DNA of 64,000 nt from Bacillota bacterium (GTDB taxonomy: Bacteria > Bacillota > Limnochordia > DUMW01), in contig DUMW01000031.1 of the NCBI GenBank assembly GCA_012839765.1, positions 11,829-75,828 on the forward strand, given 5' to 3'. The notes below the pieces were generated by a model, which was given only the letters and a program-made list of their open reading frames with translations, had not been told where the DNA came from and did not search any database. Position numbers and translations under genes: made by a program. Position 1 is the first letter of the stretch, and each line of letters starts with the position of its first letter. Shown here one piece after another: positions 38,410-47,648 of this stretch.

Positions 38410-40149
38410 CTATTGTTGGCTGATGGCATCGAACTTGCAAACCTGGGCGCACAGGCTACAACCAGTGCACAACACAGGATCAATCTGGGCGCGGCCGTCG
38501 CTAAAGCTGATCGCGGGGCAACCCAGTCGCAGACAGGCCTTACAGCCTGTGCACTTGTCCGGGTTCACCTGGAAAGCCGGTTCCCGGAACTTCACCAGCA
38601 AAGCACAGGGCCGGTTGGTGATGATTACCGACGGTTCCCTTGCGGCCAGTTCTTCTTTGATCACCCGCTGTAGAGCCTCTAGGTCGTAGGGATCCACCGT
38701 GACCACCCGCTTGACCCCCAGGGCTTCCACCAGTTTGGACAGATCCACCGCATAGGTGCTCTGGCCGGCCAGGGTCTTGCCGGTGCCCGGGTGCTCCTGC
38801 ATACCGGTCATGGCCGTGGTGGAATTGTCCAGGATGATGATGGTGCTTGTTCCTTGGTTGTACACGGTGTTCATCAGGCCCGTAATTCCCGAATGCAGGA
38901 AGGTGGAATCCCCGATAACACCCACTGTCCTTTGGGCTGCTTCCCCATCGGCCAGCTCCCAACCATGGGCCATACCCACCGCGGCACCCATGCAAAGGCA
39001 ACTGTCCATTGCCCCTAGGGGCGGCAGAGCACCGAGGGTGTAACAGCCAATATCCCCCGTCACATTAACCCGCAGCCGCTGTAGGGTGTAGAAGACACCC
39101 CGGTGCGGACAACTAGGACACAGGGCCGGGGGCCGCTTGGGCAGCTCCGTGGAGGACGAGGCGATCTCCGGGCTTACATATTCGACGATACCTAGTTTGG
39201 CTAGTCCCTGCTTGACCAAAGTGGTGGACAGTTCCCCTTCCCGGGGGAAGTATTCCTTACCCACACAGGGGATGCCCATGGCCTTTACCTGCATCTCGAT
39301 AAAGGGCTCTAGTTCTTCTACGACCACGATCTTTTCTACCTTGGCGGCGAAATCCCGAATTAGCCTTTCGGGCAAAGGATGGACCAACCCGAGCTTCAGG
39401 ATGGAAAGCTGGGGTGCCGCCTCCTTGACATATTGGTACGCGATACCACTGGTGATAATGCCTACGTCCTTGGTTCCCCAATGAACCGTGTTTACTGGAC
39501 TATCCACCGCATCTTCCGCTAGTCTTTCCATTCGCTCCAGGACCTTGGTGTGCCGCGCCTTGGCATTGGCAGGCAACATGACGTACTTGGCCATATCCTT
39601 TTTGTAGGGCTTGTTCGGCACCGCACTTTTTTCCCCGAAAGTCACCACGGTCTTGGAGTGGGAAAGCCGGGTGTTGGAGCGCAGAATCACTGGTGTATCG
39701 TATTGCTCACTCAGCTCAAAGGCTAGGCGCATGTACTGCCGGGCCTCTTCGCTGGTGGCGGGCTCCAACAACGGCACCTGGGCGAAGAGGGCATACATTC
39801 TAGTGTCCTGCTCGTTTTGGGAGCTGTGCATCCCCGGATCGTCGGCGCAAATGATCACCAGCCCACCGTTCACCCCGGTGTAACTTAAGGTAAGCAAGGG
39901 GTCCGCGGCCACGTTCAGGCCTACGTGTTTCATGGTGACAATGGTCCTGGCGCCTCCGAGGGAGGCTCCCGCAGCCACTTCCAGGGCCACCTTTTCGTTA
40001 GGGGCCCACTGGGCCTTGATTCCTTCATACTTCACAATATTCTCGAGGATCTCGCTACTGGGAGTTCCCGGATAGCCTACCGCCACCTTGGCGTCGGCTT
40101 CGTAGGCTCCCCGCGCGATGGCCTCGTTTCCTGAAAGCAATTGTTTCAT
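38410..40149 (-). CDS. iorA: indolepyruvate:ferredoxin oxidoreductase alpha subunit
   Basis: GNEAIARG, YPGTPSSE, MKHVGLNVAAD, CPSCPH, GDIGC, GDSTF, C-terminal 2x[4Fe-4S] motifs. Confidence 0.95.
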   Translation of the reverse strand: MKQLLSGNEAIARGAYEADAKVAVGYPGTPSSEILENIVKYEGIKAQWAPNEKVALEVAAGASLGGARTIVTMKHVGLNVAADPLLTLSYTGVNGGLVIICADDPGMHSSQNEQDTRMYALFAQVPLLEPATSEEARQYMRLAFELSEQYDTPVILRSNTRLSHSKTVVTFGEKSAVPNKPYKKDMAKYVMLPANAKARHTKVLERMERLAEDAVDSPVNTVHWGTKDVGIITSGIAYQYVKEAAPQLSILKLGLVHPLPERLIRDFAAKVEKIVVVEELEPFIEMQVKAMGIPCVGKEYFPREGELSTTLVKQGLAKLGIVEYVSPEIASSSTELPKRPPALCPSCPHRGVFYTLQRLRVNVTGDIGCYTLGALPPLGAMDSCLCMGAAVGMAHGWELADGEAAQRTVGVIGDSTFLHSGITGLMNTVYNQGTSTIIILDNSTTAMTGMQEHPGTGKTLAGQSTYAVDLSKLVEALGVKRVVTVDPYDLEALQRVIKEELAAREPSVIITNRPCALLVKFREPAFQVNPDKCTGCKACLRLGCPAISFSDGRAQIDPVLCTGCSLCAQVCKFDAISQQ

Positions 40150-40154
40150 TCGAT

Positions 40155-41462
40155 CTACTCTCCAATTTTCCGCTTATCGATCACCCGTTGGGACTTACCC
40201 GCGGTCCTCTCTAGACTCCGGTATTCCACCAGCTTCACCACGGGACTGATCCCTAGGGTGGAGCGCAGTTGTTCTTCTACGGTACGACGCAATTCTTCTA
40301 GCTGTCGGTAGGTACCGGCAAAGCAGTCACGACTCACTTCCACCTGCACTTCCAAGTTGTCCAGCCTGCCCTCCCGGGAGACTACCAACAGATAGTGGGG
40401 TCCTACACCAGGAATGTTGGTTAGGACGCTTTCCACTTGGGAAGGATATATATTGACGCCCCGGATGATGAGCATGTCATCGGTGCGACCAGTTACTTTC
40501 TCCATTCTAACATGAGTGCGCCCACAGGGACAAGGTTCGTAATTTAGGCTGGTAATGTCCCTCGTGCGGTAGCGAAGCACCGCAAAACCTTCCTTGGTGA
40601 GGGGGGTAAGGACCAGTTCGCCCTTTTCTCCCGGGGGCAGGACTTCACCGGTTTCGGGATCAATGACCTCGGGGATGAAGTGGTCTTCCGCGATATGCAT
40701 CCCCTCACCCATGGTACATTCCCCGGACACTCCCGGTCCCATCACTTCACTGAGACCGTAGTTGTCGGTGGCCTTCATCTTGGGCCAAAGCTGCTGCAGT
40801 TCCTGGCGCATGCCTTCACTCCAAGGCTCTCCCCCGAAAAGCCCCAGGCGGACATTAAGGCTGCTGGGATCGATGCCCATGTCTATGGCCACTTCGCCTA
40901 GATACAACGCATAGGAGGGGGTACTCACCAAAGCGGTGGTGCCGAAGTCCCTCATCAGCTGGATCTGTCGCCGGGAGTTGCCGCTGGAGGCGGGAATCAC
41001 CGAGGCTCCCACCTTTTCCAGGCCGTAGTGCAGACCAAAACCACCGGTGAACAGGCCGTAGCCGAAGCAGATCTGGACGATGTCCTCGTCAGTGACCCCG
41101 GCCTGGCAGACGATGCGGGCTACCAGTTCCGACCAGGTCTCTAGATCCTTGCGGGTGTACCCCACGGCGGTGGGTTGTCCCGTGGTGCCCGAGGAGGCAT
41201 GGACACGGACGATGTCCTTCATGGGTGCCATGAACAGCCCATAAGGATAATGGTTCCGCAGATCATCCTTAGTGGTAAAGGGCAGTTTCCGCAGATCTGC
41301 CAAGGTTTGGATGTCTTCCGGCTTGATCCCTGCCTCGTCCAACTTCTTCTGATAGAAGGGCACCTTGTTATAAAGTTTGTGAACTAAGGCACGAAGCCGC
41401 TCCTCCTGGAGCTTTACAATCTCTTCCCGTGGCATCGTTTCACAGGACGGATTCCATATCAC
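40155..41462 (-). CDS. paaK: phenylacetate--CoA ligase family protein (copy 1)
   Basis: [48 protein letters not shown]. Confidence 0.9.
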   Translation of the reverse strand: MIWNPSCETMPREEIVKLQEERLRALVHKLYNKVPFYQKKLDEAGIKPEDIQTLADLRKLPFTTKDDLRNHYPYGLFMAPMKDIVRVHASSGTTGQPTAVGYTRKDLETWSELVARIVCQAGVTDEDIVQICFGYGLFTGGFGLHYGLEKVGASVIPASSGNSRRQIQLMRDFGTTALVSTPSYALYLGEVAIDMGIDPSSLNVRLGLFGGEPWSEGMRQELQQLWPKMKATDNYGLSEVMGPGVSGECTMGEGMHIAEDHFIPEVIDPETGEVLPPGEKGELVLTPLTKEGFAVLRYRTRDITSLNYEPCPCGRTHVRMEKVTGRTDDMLIIRGVNIYPSQVESVLTNIPGVGPHYLLVVSREGRLDNLEVQVEVSRDCFAGTYRQLEELRRTVEEQLRSTLGISPVVKLVEYRSLERTAGKSQRVIDKRKIGE

Positions 41463-41519
41463 CTAAACCATCTCCAATTACGGGTAGTCTCCCGCTGATT
41501 TTCAATTGTAATAGAATAT

Positions 41520-41546
41520 ATTCACCGCCTTCTTCGAACCTCCTGC
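41520..41546 (-). promoter_or_regulatory. sigmaH-like promoter of paaK-ior operon
   Basis: Minus strand GCAGGAGGT-11 bp-GGTGAAT. Confidence 0.5.
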
Positions 41547-41668
41547 CGAAAATGGGGACGAAATTCACTAGTGAAGCCGATGGGGATGTGCAAAGCGAGG
41601 AAAGACCTGGGGACGGGCCGTCGGCCGGTGTAGAAAAAAGGGGGATGACGCGGGTGCGCCATCCTCCC

Positions 41669-43153
41669 CTAAGCGGTTAGCACGGCTAATTGGCGGGCAA
41701 GGGCGTTCTTGTACAGCCCCATGTATTCTGCAGCAGACCGGTTCCAGGAGTGGTCTTCCTGCATGGCCCGTTTCACCAGGGATTGCCAGACCCGAGGGCT
41801 GTCGTAAAGCTCAAGGCCGCGGTCGATGGCTGCAAGTAAGGCACTGGAGTCATAGGGGGCAAAGGAAAACCCGTTTCCACTGCCTGTGTCGGGGTTGTAC
41901 TCGATGACCGTATCCCGTAGACCACCGGTGGATCGCACGACGGGGATCGTGCCGTAGCGGAGGCTGATCAATTGACCCAGGCCGCAGGGTTCAAAGGCTG
42001 AGGGCATCAGGAACATGTCACAGCCGGCGTAAATCCGCTGGGCCAAGGTGACGTTGAACCCGATTTCCACCCCGATGCGATCCGGATACAGGCTACGCAG
42101 TTCCCGGAACATGTCTTCGTAGTAGGCATCGCCGGTACCTAGCACCACCAACTGCATGGGCCGCTCCATCAAATCCCGACTGATGTCCGCGATGAGATCC
42201 AGGCCCTTTTGGTCCACCAGGCGGGAGACGATGCCCAGCAAGGGCACATCCAGCTGGGGTAGGCCCATTTCCCGTTGGAGCTCCATCTTGTTGCGCCTTT
42301 TTCCCTCCAGGTCCTCCGCAGTGTAGTTGTGGTAAATCCGCGGGTCGGTGGCCGGGTTGTATTCATGGATGTTGATCCCGTTGCAGATCCCGTACAGGTC
42401 CTGGCTGCGCTGCCGCAGGATTCCATCCATTCCCTCACCGTAGTGGGGATCCTGGATTTCCTCCGCATAGGTGCGACTTACGGTGTTCAATACATCGGAC
42501 CAAAGGAGCCCTGCCTTCATAAAGCTGATGTTGCCGTAAAACTCCAGCCGTTCCGGGGTGAAGTATTCATCTCCCAAGCCCAAAAGATGGAGGGTCTCCT
42601 TAGGGAAATTCCCTTGGTAGCGGAGATTATGGATCGTAAAGACGGTACCGATTCCCCGGAAGAAGGGATCCCACTGATATTGTTCCTTCAGTAACAAAGG
42701 AATGGGTCCCGTCTGCCAGTCGTTACAGTGGATGATATCCGGCTTGAAGCCCAGCATCTTTGTCATTTCTAGAACCGCCCGGCAGAAGAAGGCATATCGT
42801 TCCGCCTCGTCCCAGTAGCCGTAGATCTGGTCCCGGTCGAAATAGTGGTAGTTGTCGATGAAGTAGACCGGGATTTTCCTAAAGACCCCGTCCATGCGGG
42901 CTTCGATCTCACCTTCCCGGAGGATGGCAGTCTCTTTGCGGTAGCCCACCTGTACGGGGAAGTCCCCGATGGTCCGGGTGGGCTGGATTCGGGCGTATCT
43001 TGGCATCACGATCCGCACATCATTGCCGTAGGTGGCAAGGGCCTTCGGTAGGGACCCGGCCACATCCGCCAGACCTCCGGTCTTGGCAAAGGGTACCACT
43101 TCCGCGGAAGCAAACAGGATTTTGTAGGTTTCATCAAATTCCATGCGACCCAT
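41669..43153 (-). CDS. glgA: glycogen synthase (ADP-glucose type, GT5)
   Basis: KTGGLADV, IHCNDWQ, FTIHNLRYQG, SRLVDQKG, MPSAFEPCGL. Confidence 0.95.
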   Translation of the reverse strand: MGRMEFDETYKILFASAEVVPFAKTGGLADVAGSLPKALATYGNDVRIVMPRYARIQPTRTIGDFPVQVGYRKETAILREGEIEARMDGVFRKIPVYFIDNYHYFDRDQIYGYWDEAERYAFFCRAVLEMTKMLGFKPDIIHCNDWQTGPIPLLLKEQYQWDPFFRGIGTVFTIHNLRYQGNFPKETLHLLGLGDEYFTPERLEFYGNISFMKAGLLWSDVLNTVSRTYAEEIQDPHYGEGMDGILRQRSQDLYGICNGINIHEYNPATDPRIYHNYTAEDLEGKRRNKMELQREMGLPQLDVPLLGIVSRLVDQKGLDLIADISRDLMERPMQLVVLGTGDAYYEDMFRELRSLYPDRIGVEIGFNVTLAQRIYAGCDMFLMPSAFEPCGLGQLISLRYGTIPVVRSTGGLRDTVIEYNPDTGSGNGFSFAPYDSSALLAAIDRGLELYDSPRVWQSLVKRAMQEDHSWNRSAAEYMGLYKNALARQLAVLTA

Positions 43154-43169
43154 AGGACCATCCCCTTTC

Positions 43170-44183
43170 TCAACTGTAGGTAACGATCTCTTCCTCCACC
43201 TGTCGGAGGCTTTCGGCGGCCAGTTCCGGCGCCGTGGGGTTGATGTAATATCCGGAGCCTAGCTCAAAGCCCGCAATGATGGTCAGCCGCGGCAGAATCT
43301 CCAAATGCCAGTGGTAGTATTCGTGCCCTGGCTCGAAGGGTGTGGTGTGCAGAACCATGTTGTAGGGGATGACTTCGAAGGCGGTCTCTAGCCTACGGAA
43401 CCCCATGCTGAGGATCTCGCAGAGGGGTTCGATTTCCTCATCGGCCAATAGGCCAAAGTCATGGTTGTGCCGCCGGGGCAGGATCCACATCTCATAGGGG
43501 AACCGGGAAGCGAAGGGACAAAACACCAGGAAGTGTTCGTTTTTCGCCACCAGGCGGGGACCTGCCGGTTCGGTTTCCACCATTGCGCAATAAAGACAGT
43601 GTCGGTGCTCTTCGAAATATCTTTTGGCTATAGTCAGTTTGTGGGCCACAGTGGCGGGTACCATGGGCGTGGCGATAATCTGACAGTGGGCGTGCTCCAA
43701 AGAAGCCCCCGCCACCCGGCCAGAGTTCTTAAAGAACTGTAGGTATTTCAGCTGTGGATTGCTCCGTAAAGTGTAGTACCGTTGCAACAGTGCCTTGATG
43801 ATGCTTTTCAACTGACCTTTGGAGTGACTGCCGAAGGTGGAATCATGATGGGGCGATTCGATAAACACCTCATGGACCCCGATGCCCGGCATTTCTCTGT
43901 AGAGGGGTGGAACGACCTCCTCTCGCGCTTGTGCCTCTAGGGAGAGGGCGGGAAACAGGTTCGGCACCACCCGTACAGTCCAGCCGGGGCTGTTGGGCAC
44001 GTCTACTTCCCGGCCGCTAGCATAGACCTCCGGTGGTGTCTGGTTCTCGTTGCCGTAGCAGAAAGGGCATTCACCACCCCGGCGCTCCAAGGGGGCGATT
44101 TTGAAATCATGGGGACGTTTTCCCCGTTCCGTAGCGATGACTACCCAAGAATCCGTACTGGGATCGTATCTTAACTGGGACAC
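43170..44183 (-). CDS. GalT-like hexose-1-phosphate nucleotidyltransferase (HIT superfamily)
   Basis: RGKRPHD, CPFC, RVVPNLFP, GASLEHAHCQ, YHWHLEI, GFELG; start GTG 44183 after AAGGAGAGG. Confidence 0.85.
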   Translation of the reverse strand: MSQLRYDPSTDSWVVIATERGKRPHDFKIAPLERRGGECPFCYGNENQTPPEVYASGREVDVPNSPGWTVRVVPNLFPALSLEAQAREEVVPPLYREMPGIGVHEVFIESPHHDSTFGSHSKGQLKSIIKALLQRYYTLRSNPQLKYLQFFKNSGRVAGASLEHAHCQIIATPMVPATVAHKLTIAKRYFEEHRHCLYCAMVETEPAGPRLVAKNEHFLVFCPFASRFPYEMWILPRRHNHDFGLLADEEIEPLCEILSMGFRRLETAFEVIPYNMVLHTTPFEPGHEYYHWHLEILPRLTIIAGFELGSGYYINPTAPELAAESLRQVEEEIVTYS

Positions 44184-44892
44184 AGCAACCTCTCCTTGCC
44201 CAAAGACTAACCGCGATCTTTCCCTCATAACATGTGGTAGAAGCCTGCTGATTATGCTTCTAAAAGGTCTTTACTTTCTACCAACAAAGCCAACAACTGC
44301 TCTTGCTCGGCATTGGGGACACGGTTGTTTGTCCAAGGGCAAAGGAGGCCGAGTTTCACCCCCATCCTCCCAGTGGTCAAATACTTGTCCTAGGAAACAG
44401 GGTTATGCATATACACGGGGCGTGGGTAAGCTTGTGGGGTGCTTGGACGCAGACAACCACAGATGTAAGGCTAGTTTTCGGGATCGATCTTCGCTGTGCT
44501 AACATTTTCGCTAGTATTGCAGACGTGCACAGGCTCGATTAGGGATCAATCGCTTGTAGCCACAACCGTTTGGATACTTTTTCGTCCCTTTTCGGTGGAA
44601 ACGGAACGGGTACTTTTCGGGTTCGATCCATTCAGGCAAACACTTGAATTGCGGACACTATCCCTGGTTTTACGTAAGATGCCACGTATGCTTCATGGTT
44701 CCATCTAGCTGCGATGGTTGTTCGCTCATTGGAAAGACGTGGTCAATGACGGAAAAACCCTTGCCCCATGCTTTACATAGACTGTAAGTGCGGGCTTCTC
44801 CTTTTTTCCCCAACACTTACCAGGAAACGGTGTTGGTCTTTATCGGGCTTTTGGCCAGACTATAGGGAAAAGAGAGTAAGGAGGGAGCCCAA

Positions 44893-45078
44893 TTGCCTAG
44901 CAAATCGCAGTTACTTGCGGTAGGAGAGACTTGTTCGGAGTTTTCCCCCAGAATGGAACAGGTTCAGCGGACCTGTGAGCATTGCCAACATTGGGAGAAG
45001 CAAGTATGTCGGTTGGGGATTTTCCGTAACCAGCTGGCCAATCTTGACGAACCCGGAGGGATGGGACTTCGAATGTAG
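44893..45078 (+). CDS. small Cys-rich hypothetical protein (61 aa)
   Basis: GGAGGGAG RBS before TTG; C-x13-CxxC-x7-C pattern. Confidence 0.55.
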   Translation: MPSKSQLLAVGETCSEFSPRMEQVQRTCEHCQHWEKQVCRLGIFRNQLANLDEPGGMGLRM

Positions 45079-45146
45079 GCAGGAATCGGCGGGTATAATG
45101 TCGTAAGTATGTTAATGAAGCAACTCTATAAGGGGGAGGGGTAACT

Positions 45147-45338
45147 GTGGGTGTTGCTTGGAATCAGCTGTTGGAGCTGGAGAAACAAGGTTACTCCATT
45201 ACGAAAGTAATGGAGCTTGGCGGCGGTGGTGCCAAGGTGATCATGACCAACGTGGAGACCAACGCCAAGAAGGTAGTCAGATTGAATCCGGAAGACAAGA
45301 CGTTACTGGACGCACGGAATGCCCGACGCAAGTTCTAG
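45147..45338 (+). CDS. small hypothetical protein (63 aa)
   Basis: GGGGAGGGG RBS before GTG; fills the gap up to the convergent ogt. Confidence 0.5.
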   Translation: MGVAWNQLLELEKQGYSITKVMELGGGGAKVIMTNVETNAKKVVRLNPEDKTLLDARNARRKF

Positions 45339-45862
45339 CGATGTTTCGGACGGTTTGCCCGTTCTAGCGTGAGGAGGTATTCCTTGATCTTCGGATCCGG
45401 GGTGAAACCACCCCGGCCCGAGGTGCTGACTACCCGGTGGCAGGGAATCAGGATCGGGAGCGGATTTCTCGCTACAGCACCGCCCACTGCTCGGGCGTAA
45501 CCTCGTTCGCCTAGTTCACGGGCTAGCTCTCCGTAGGTACGTACGTTACCGTAGGGAATCTGACGCACAAGGCCAAGGACGCGCTGTTGGAAGGGAGTAC
45601 AGTATAGTTTGTACTCGATTCCTTCCAAAGTGCGTCGTTGGCCTAAAAAATACTCTTCCAGCAGGTGGGTGTAGGCCCAGCCTACCTGTTTGCTCAGGAT
45701 TACTGCTCTTTTCAGTTGCCTTTCTAGCCTTGCCGCCAGTTGCTTCGTCTCACCGTCAAAAGCGATGGCTACGGCCCGCTGATCCGGTTGGTACACCACC
45801 GTGATTTGTCCCAGGGGGTAGTGGATCCTCTGATAAAACAACTGTACCTCAGAATTGGACAT
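45335..45862 (-). CDS. ogt: methylated-DNA--protein-cysteine methyltransferase
   Basis: TPFQQRV, IPYG..RTYGELA, ARAVG, IPCHRVV active-site motif. Confidence 0.92.
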   Translation of the reverse strand: MSNSEVQLFYQRIHYPLGQITVVYQPDQRAVAIAFDGETKQLAARLERQLKRAVILSKQVGWAYTHLLEEYFLGQRRTLEGIEYKLYCTPFQQRVLGLVRQIPYGNVRTYGELARELGERGYARAVGGAVARNPLPILIPCHRVVSTSGRGGFTPDPKIKEYLLTLERANRPKHR

Positions 45863-47501
45863 GGTTGTTCTCCCGCCTCAAGTCGAGCAACTTCCAATTG
45901 GGATCAATGACAATTCTCTGCAATTGGCCTTGGAAATCCACCTTCAGGGTGTTTTGGGTCGTATCCAGTACGACATTGATAGTTTTCGTCTCTTCGGTGG
46001 TCTGGATCAAAACCTCCACCGGGCCCCGGTGCTGGAGATTCCCTTGGTTTGTGATACTCACCGTAGCTTGTCTTCCGGTAGTTTTCACCTCGTTAATGGC
46101 AAAGTCCACCGTTCCCGCACCCCGGACCCAGGAGTTGAAGAACCAGGTAAGGTTTTGGGTGCTCACCTTCTGGATGGCATCCTGCCATTGCTGCAGAGAG
46201 ATGGTGCCGCCTCTTGTCCGGTCGTACAGTTCTTTGAGTACTGCCTTGTAGTTTTCCTCACCGATGAGGTCCGCTGCCATTTGATGGACGAACACCCCTT
46301 TATGGGTCAGTAGGGGAAAGTGATCCTGGTAGATGAAGGTGATCTTCGCCAAAGGCATTTCCTTTTCTCCCTGGGACCGCAGGTATTCGATGATATAAAG
46401 ATAATTAGCATAGTTGTCTTGCATCAACCGCAGGGCCTCCGTCTCCTGGCGGGACTGAAGGAAGAGCTTGGCGGAGTACTCCGCTAACCCTTCGGCTAAA
46501 AGCCAACCTTCGGTCAGCAAGGGTACAGTGGTGTAGCCCCAGTAATAGTGGGCGAGTTCATGGGCGATGGCGTGGGTGAGCACCGAAAAGTTTTGGCTGT
46601 ACATTCCCACGGCCACAAGGTTGCTAGCCACTACCACACTATAGGGGCTGGAGTAGGCGACATCCCATAGGGAGTCCACCACGACTACACTGGTGCTTTC
46701 AACGTTGTAGGGTCCAAAGGTTTGTTCGTAGAAGCGGCGTACCTGGCGTACAGTGTCCGCGATGGCCGCCGCAGCCGGTTCATACCGAGAAGGATAGTAA
46801 ACGTGTACCGGTTCCCCATCGGGATATTCGAAAGTGGATTTTTCGACCCTCAGGGCCAGGAAATGGATCAAGGGGCTTGGAATGGTCGACTCAAACCGAT
46901 AGCCCATCCTCTGATCCTGTTGGGTCTGGACTTCCACCAATTCTGCCGGGGCGATGGGGGTCAAGCCCGCGGGTAAGGTGGCCTCGAGGCTGAAGGTGTA
47001 AAGGTTCTCCCTCAGCATGCTGGGATACCATGCCATGGCGGTGTTGTAATGGATCTCTGGCAGATTGTAGAGAGATTCCACGCGATGGGTGTAGGAAATG
47101 GTCACCTGGGTTACTGCGTCCTTGGCCAGTTTCTTGGGGAAATCCACCCACCAGACCGAAAGGAGGCCACTGGGGATTTGCCATCTGGAGAATTTGGCCC
47201 GTTGGCCGTTGATGGTGACGTCCTTCAGTTCAAACCCCTCATCCAAGAAAAAGTACATGGAGCCTACGTTATTCTTCAAAGCTTGTACTGTCAAAGTGGC
47301 GGCGAAATCCACCTCTAGTGCCCGGCGATTGGCCTCCGTAGAGCCTATGTCCCTGATATCCAATTCCAGGTCATAGTGGGTGATGGCCACATCACTGCGC
47401 CCGTACAGATAAAGGGCACCCTTCTCAATGAGGGAGGTGCAGCCGGCGGTGATAAGACAAAGGACAACGAATAGGAAACCAAAGGTCAGCTTTCTCATCA
47501 T
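45849..47501 (-). CDS. M1-family aminopeptidase-like lipoprotein
   Basis: Lipobox LITAGC; HELAH-x18-E (WLLAEGLAEY); THYDLEL N-terminal domain. Confidence 0.8.
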   Translation of the reverse strand: MMRKLTFGFLFVVLCLITAGCTSLIEKGALYLYGRSDVAITHYDLELDIRDIGSTEANRRALEVDFAATLTVQALKNNVGSMYFFLDEGFELKDVTINGQRAKFSRWQIPSGLLSVWWVDFPKKLAKDAVTQVTISYTHRVESLYNLPEIHYNTAMAWYPSMLRENLYTFSLEATLPAGLTPIAPAELVEVQTQQDQRMGYRFESTIPSPLIHFLALRVEKSTFEYPDGEPVHVYYPSRYEPAAAAIADTVRQVRRFYEQTFGPYNVESTSVVVVDSLWDVAYSSPYSVVVASNLVAVGMYSQNFSVLTHAIAHELAHYYWGYTTVPLLTEGWLLAEGLAEYSAKLFLQSRQETEALRLMQDNYANYLYIIEYLRSQGEKEMPLAKITFIYQDHFPLLTHKGVFVHQMAADLIGEENYKAVLKELYDRTRGGTISLQQWQDAIQKVSTQNLTWFFNSWVRGAGTVDFAINEVKTTGRQATVSITNQGNLQHRGPVEVLIQTTEETKTINVVLDTTQNTLKVDFQGQLQRIVIDPNWKLLDLRRENNHVQF

Positions 47502-47586
47502 GGATGGACCCCTTTTTTTGCAATGGTCTCTCCTTTTCTTCCCGATCTCTGACCAAGATTCCTGCTACACAGATAGCGGAAAAACT

Positions 47587-47613
47587 GCAGGGTTTCTTGG
47601 CGATGTAGCGAAA
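47587..47613 (+). promoter_or_regulatory. sigmaH-like promoter candidate of araB-ldh
   Basis: GCAGGGTTT-11 bp-AGCGAAA. Confidence 0.3.
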
Positions 47614-47648
47614 TATTCCCATAAGAATGGAAACAAGGAGGAATCCGT

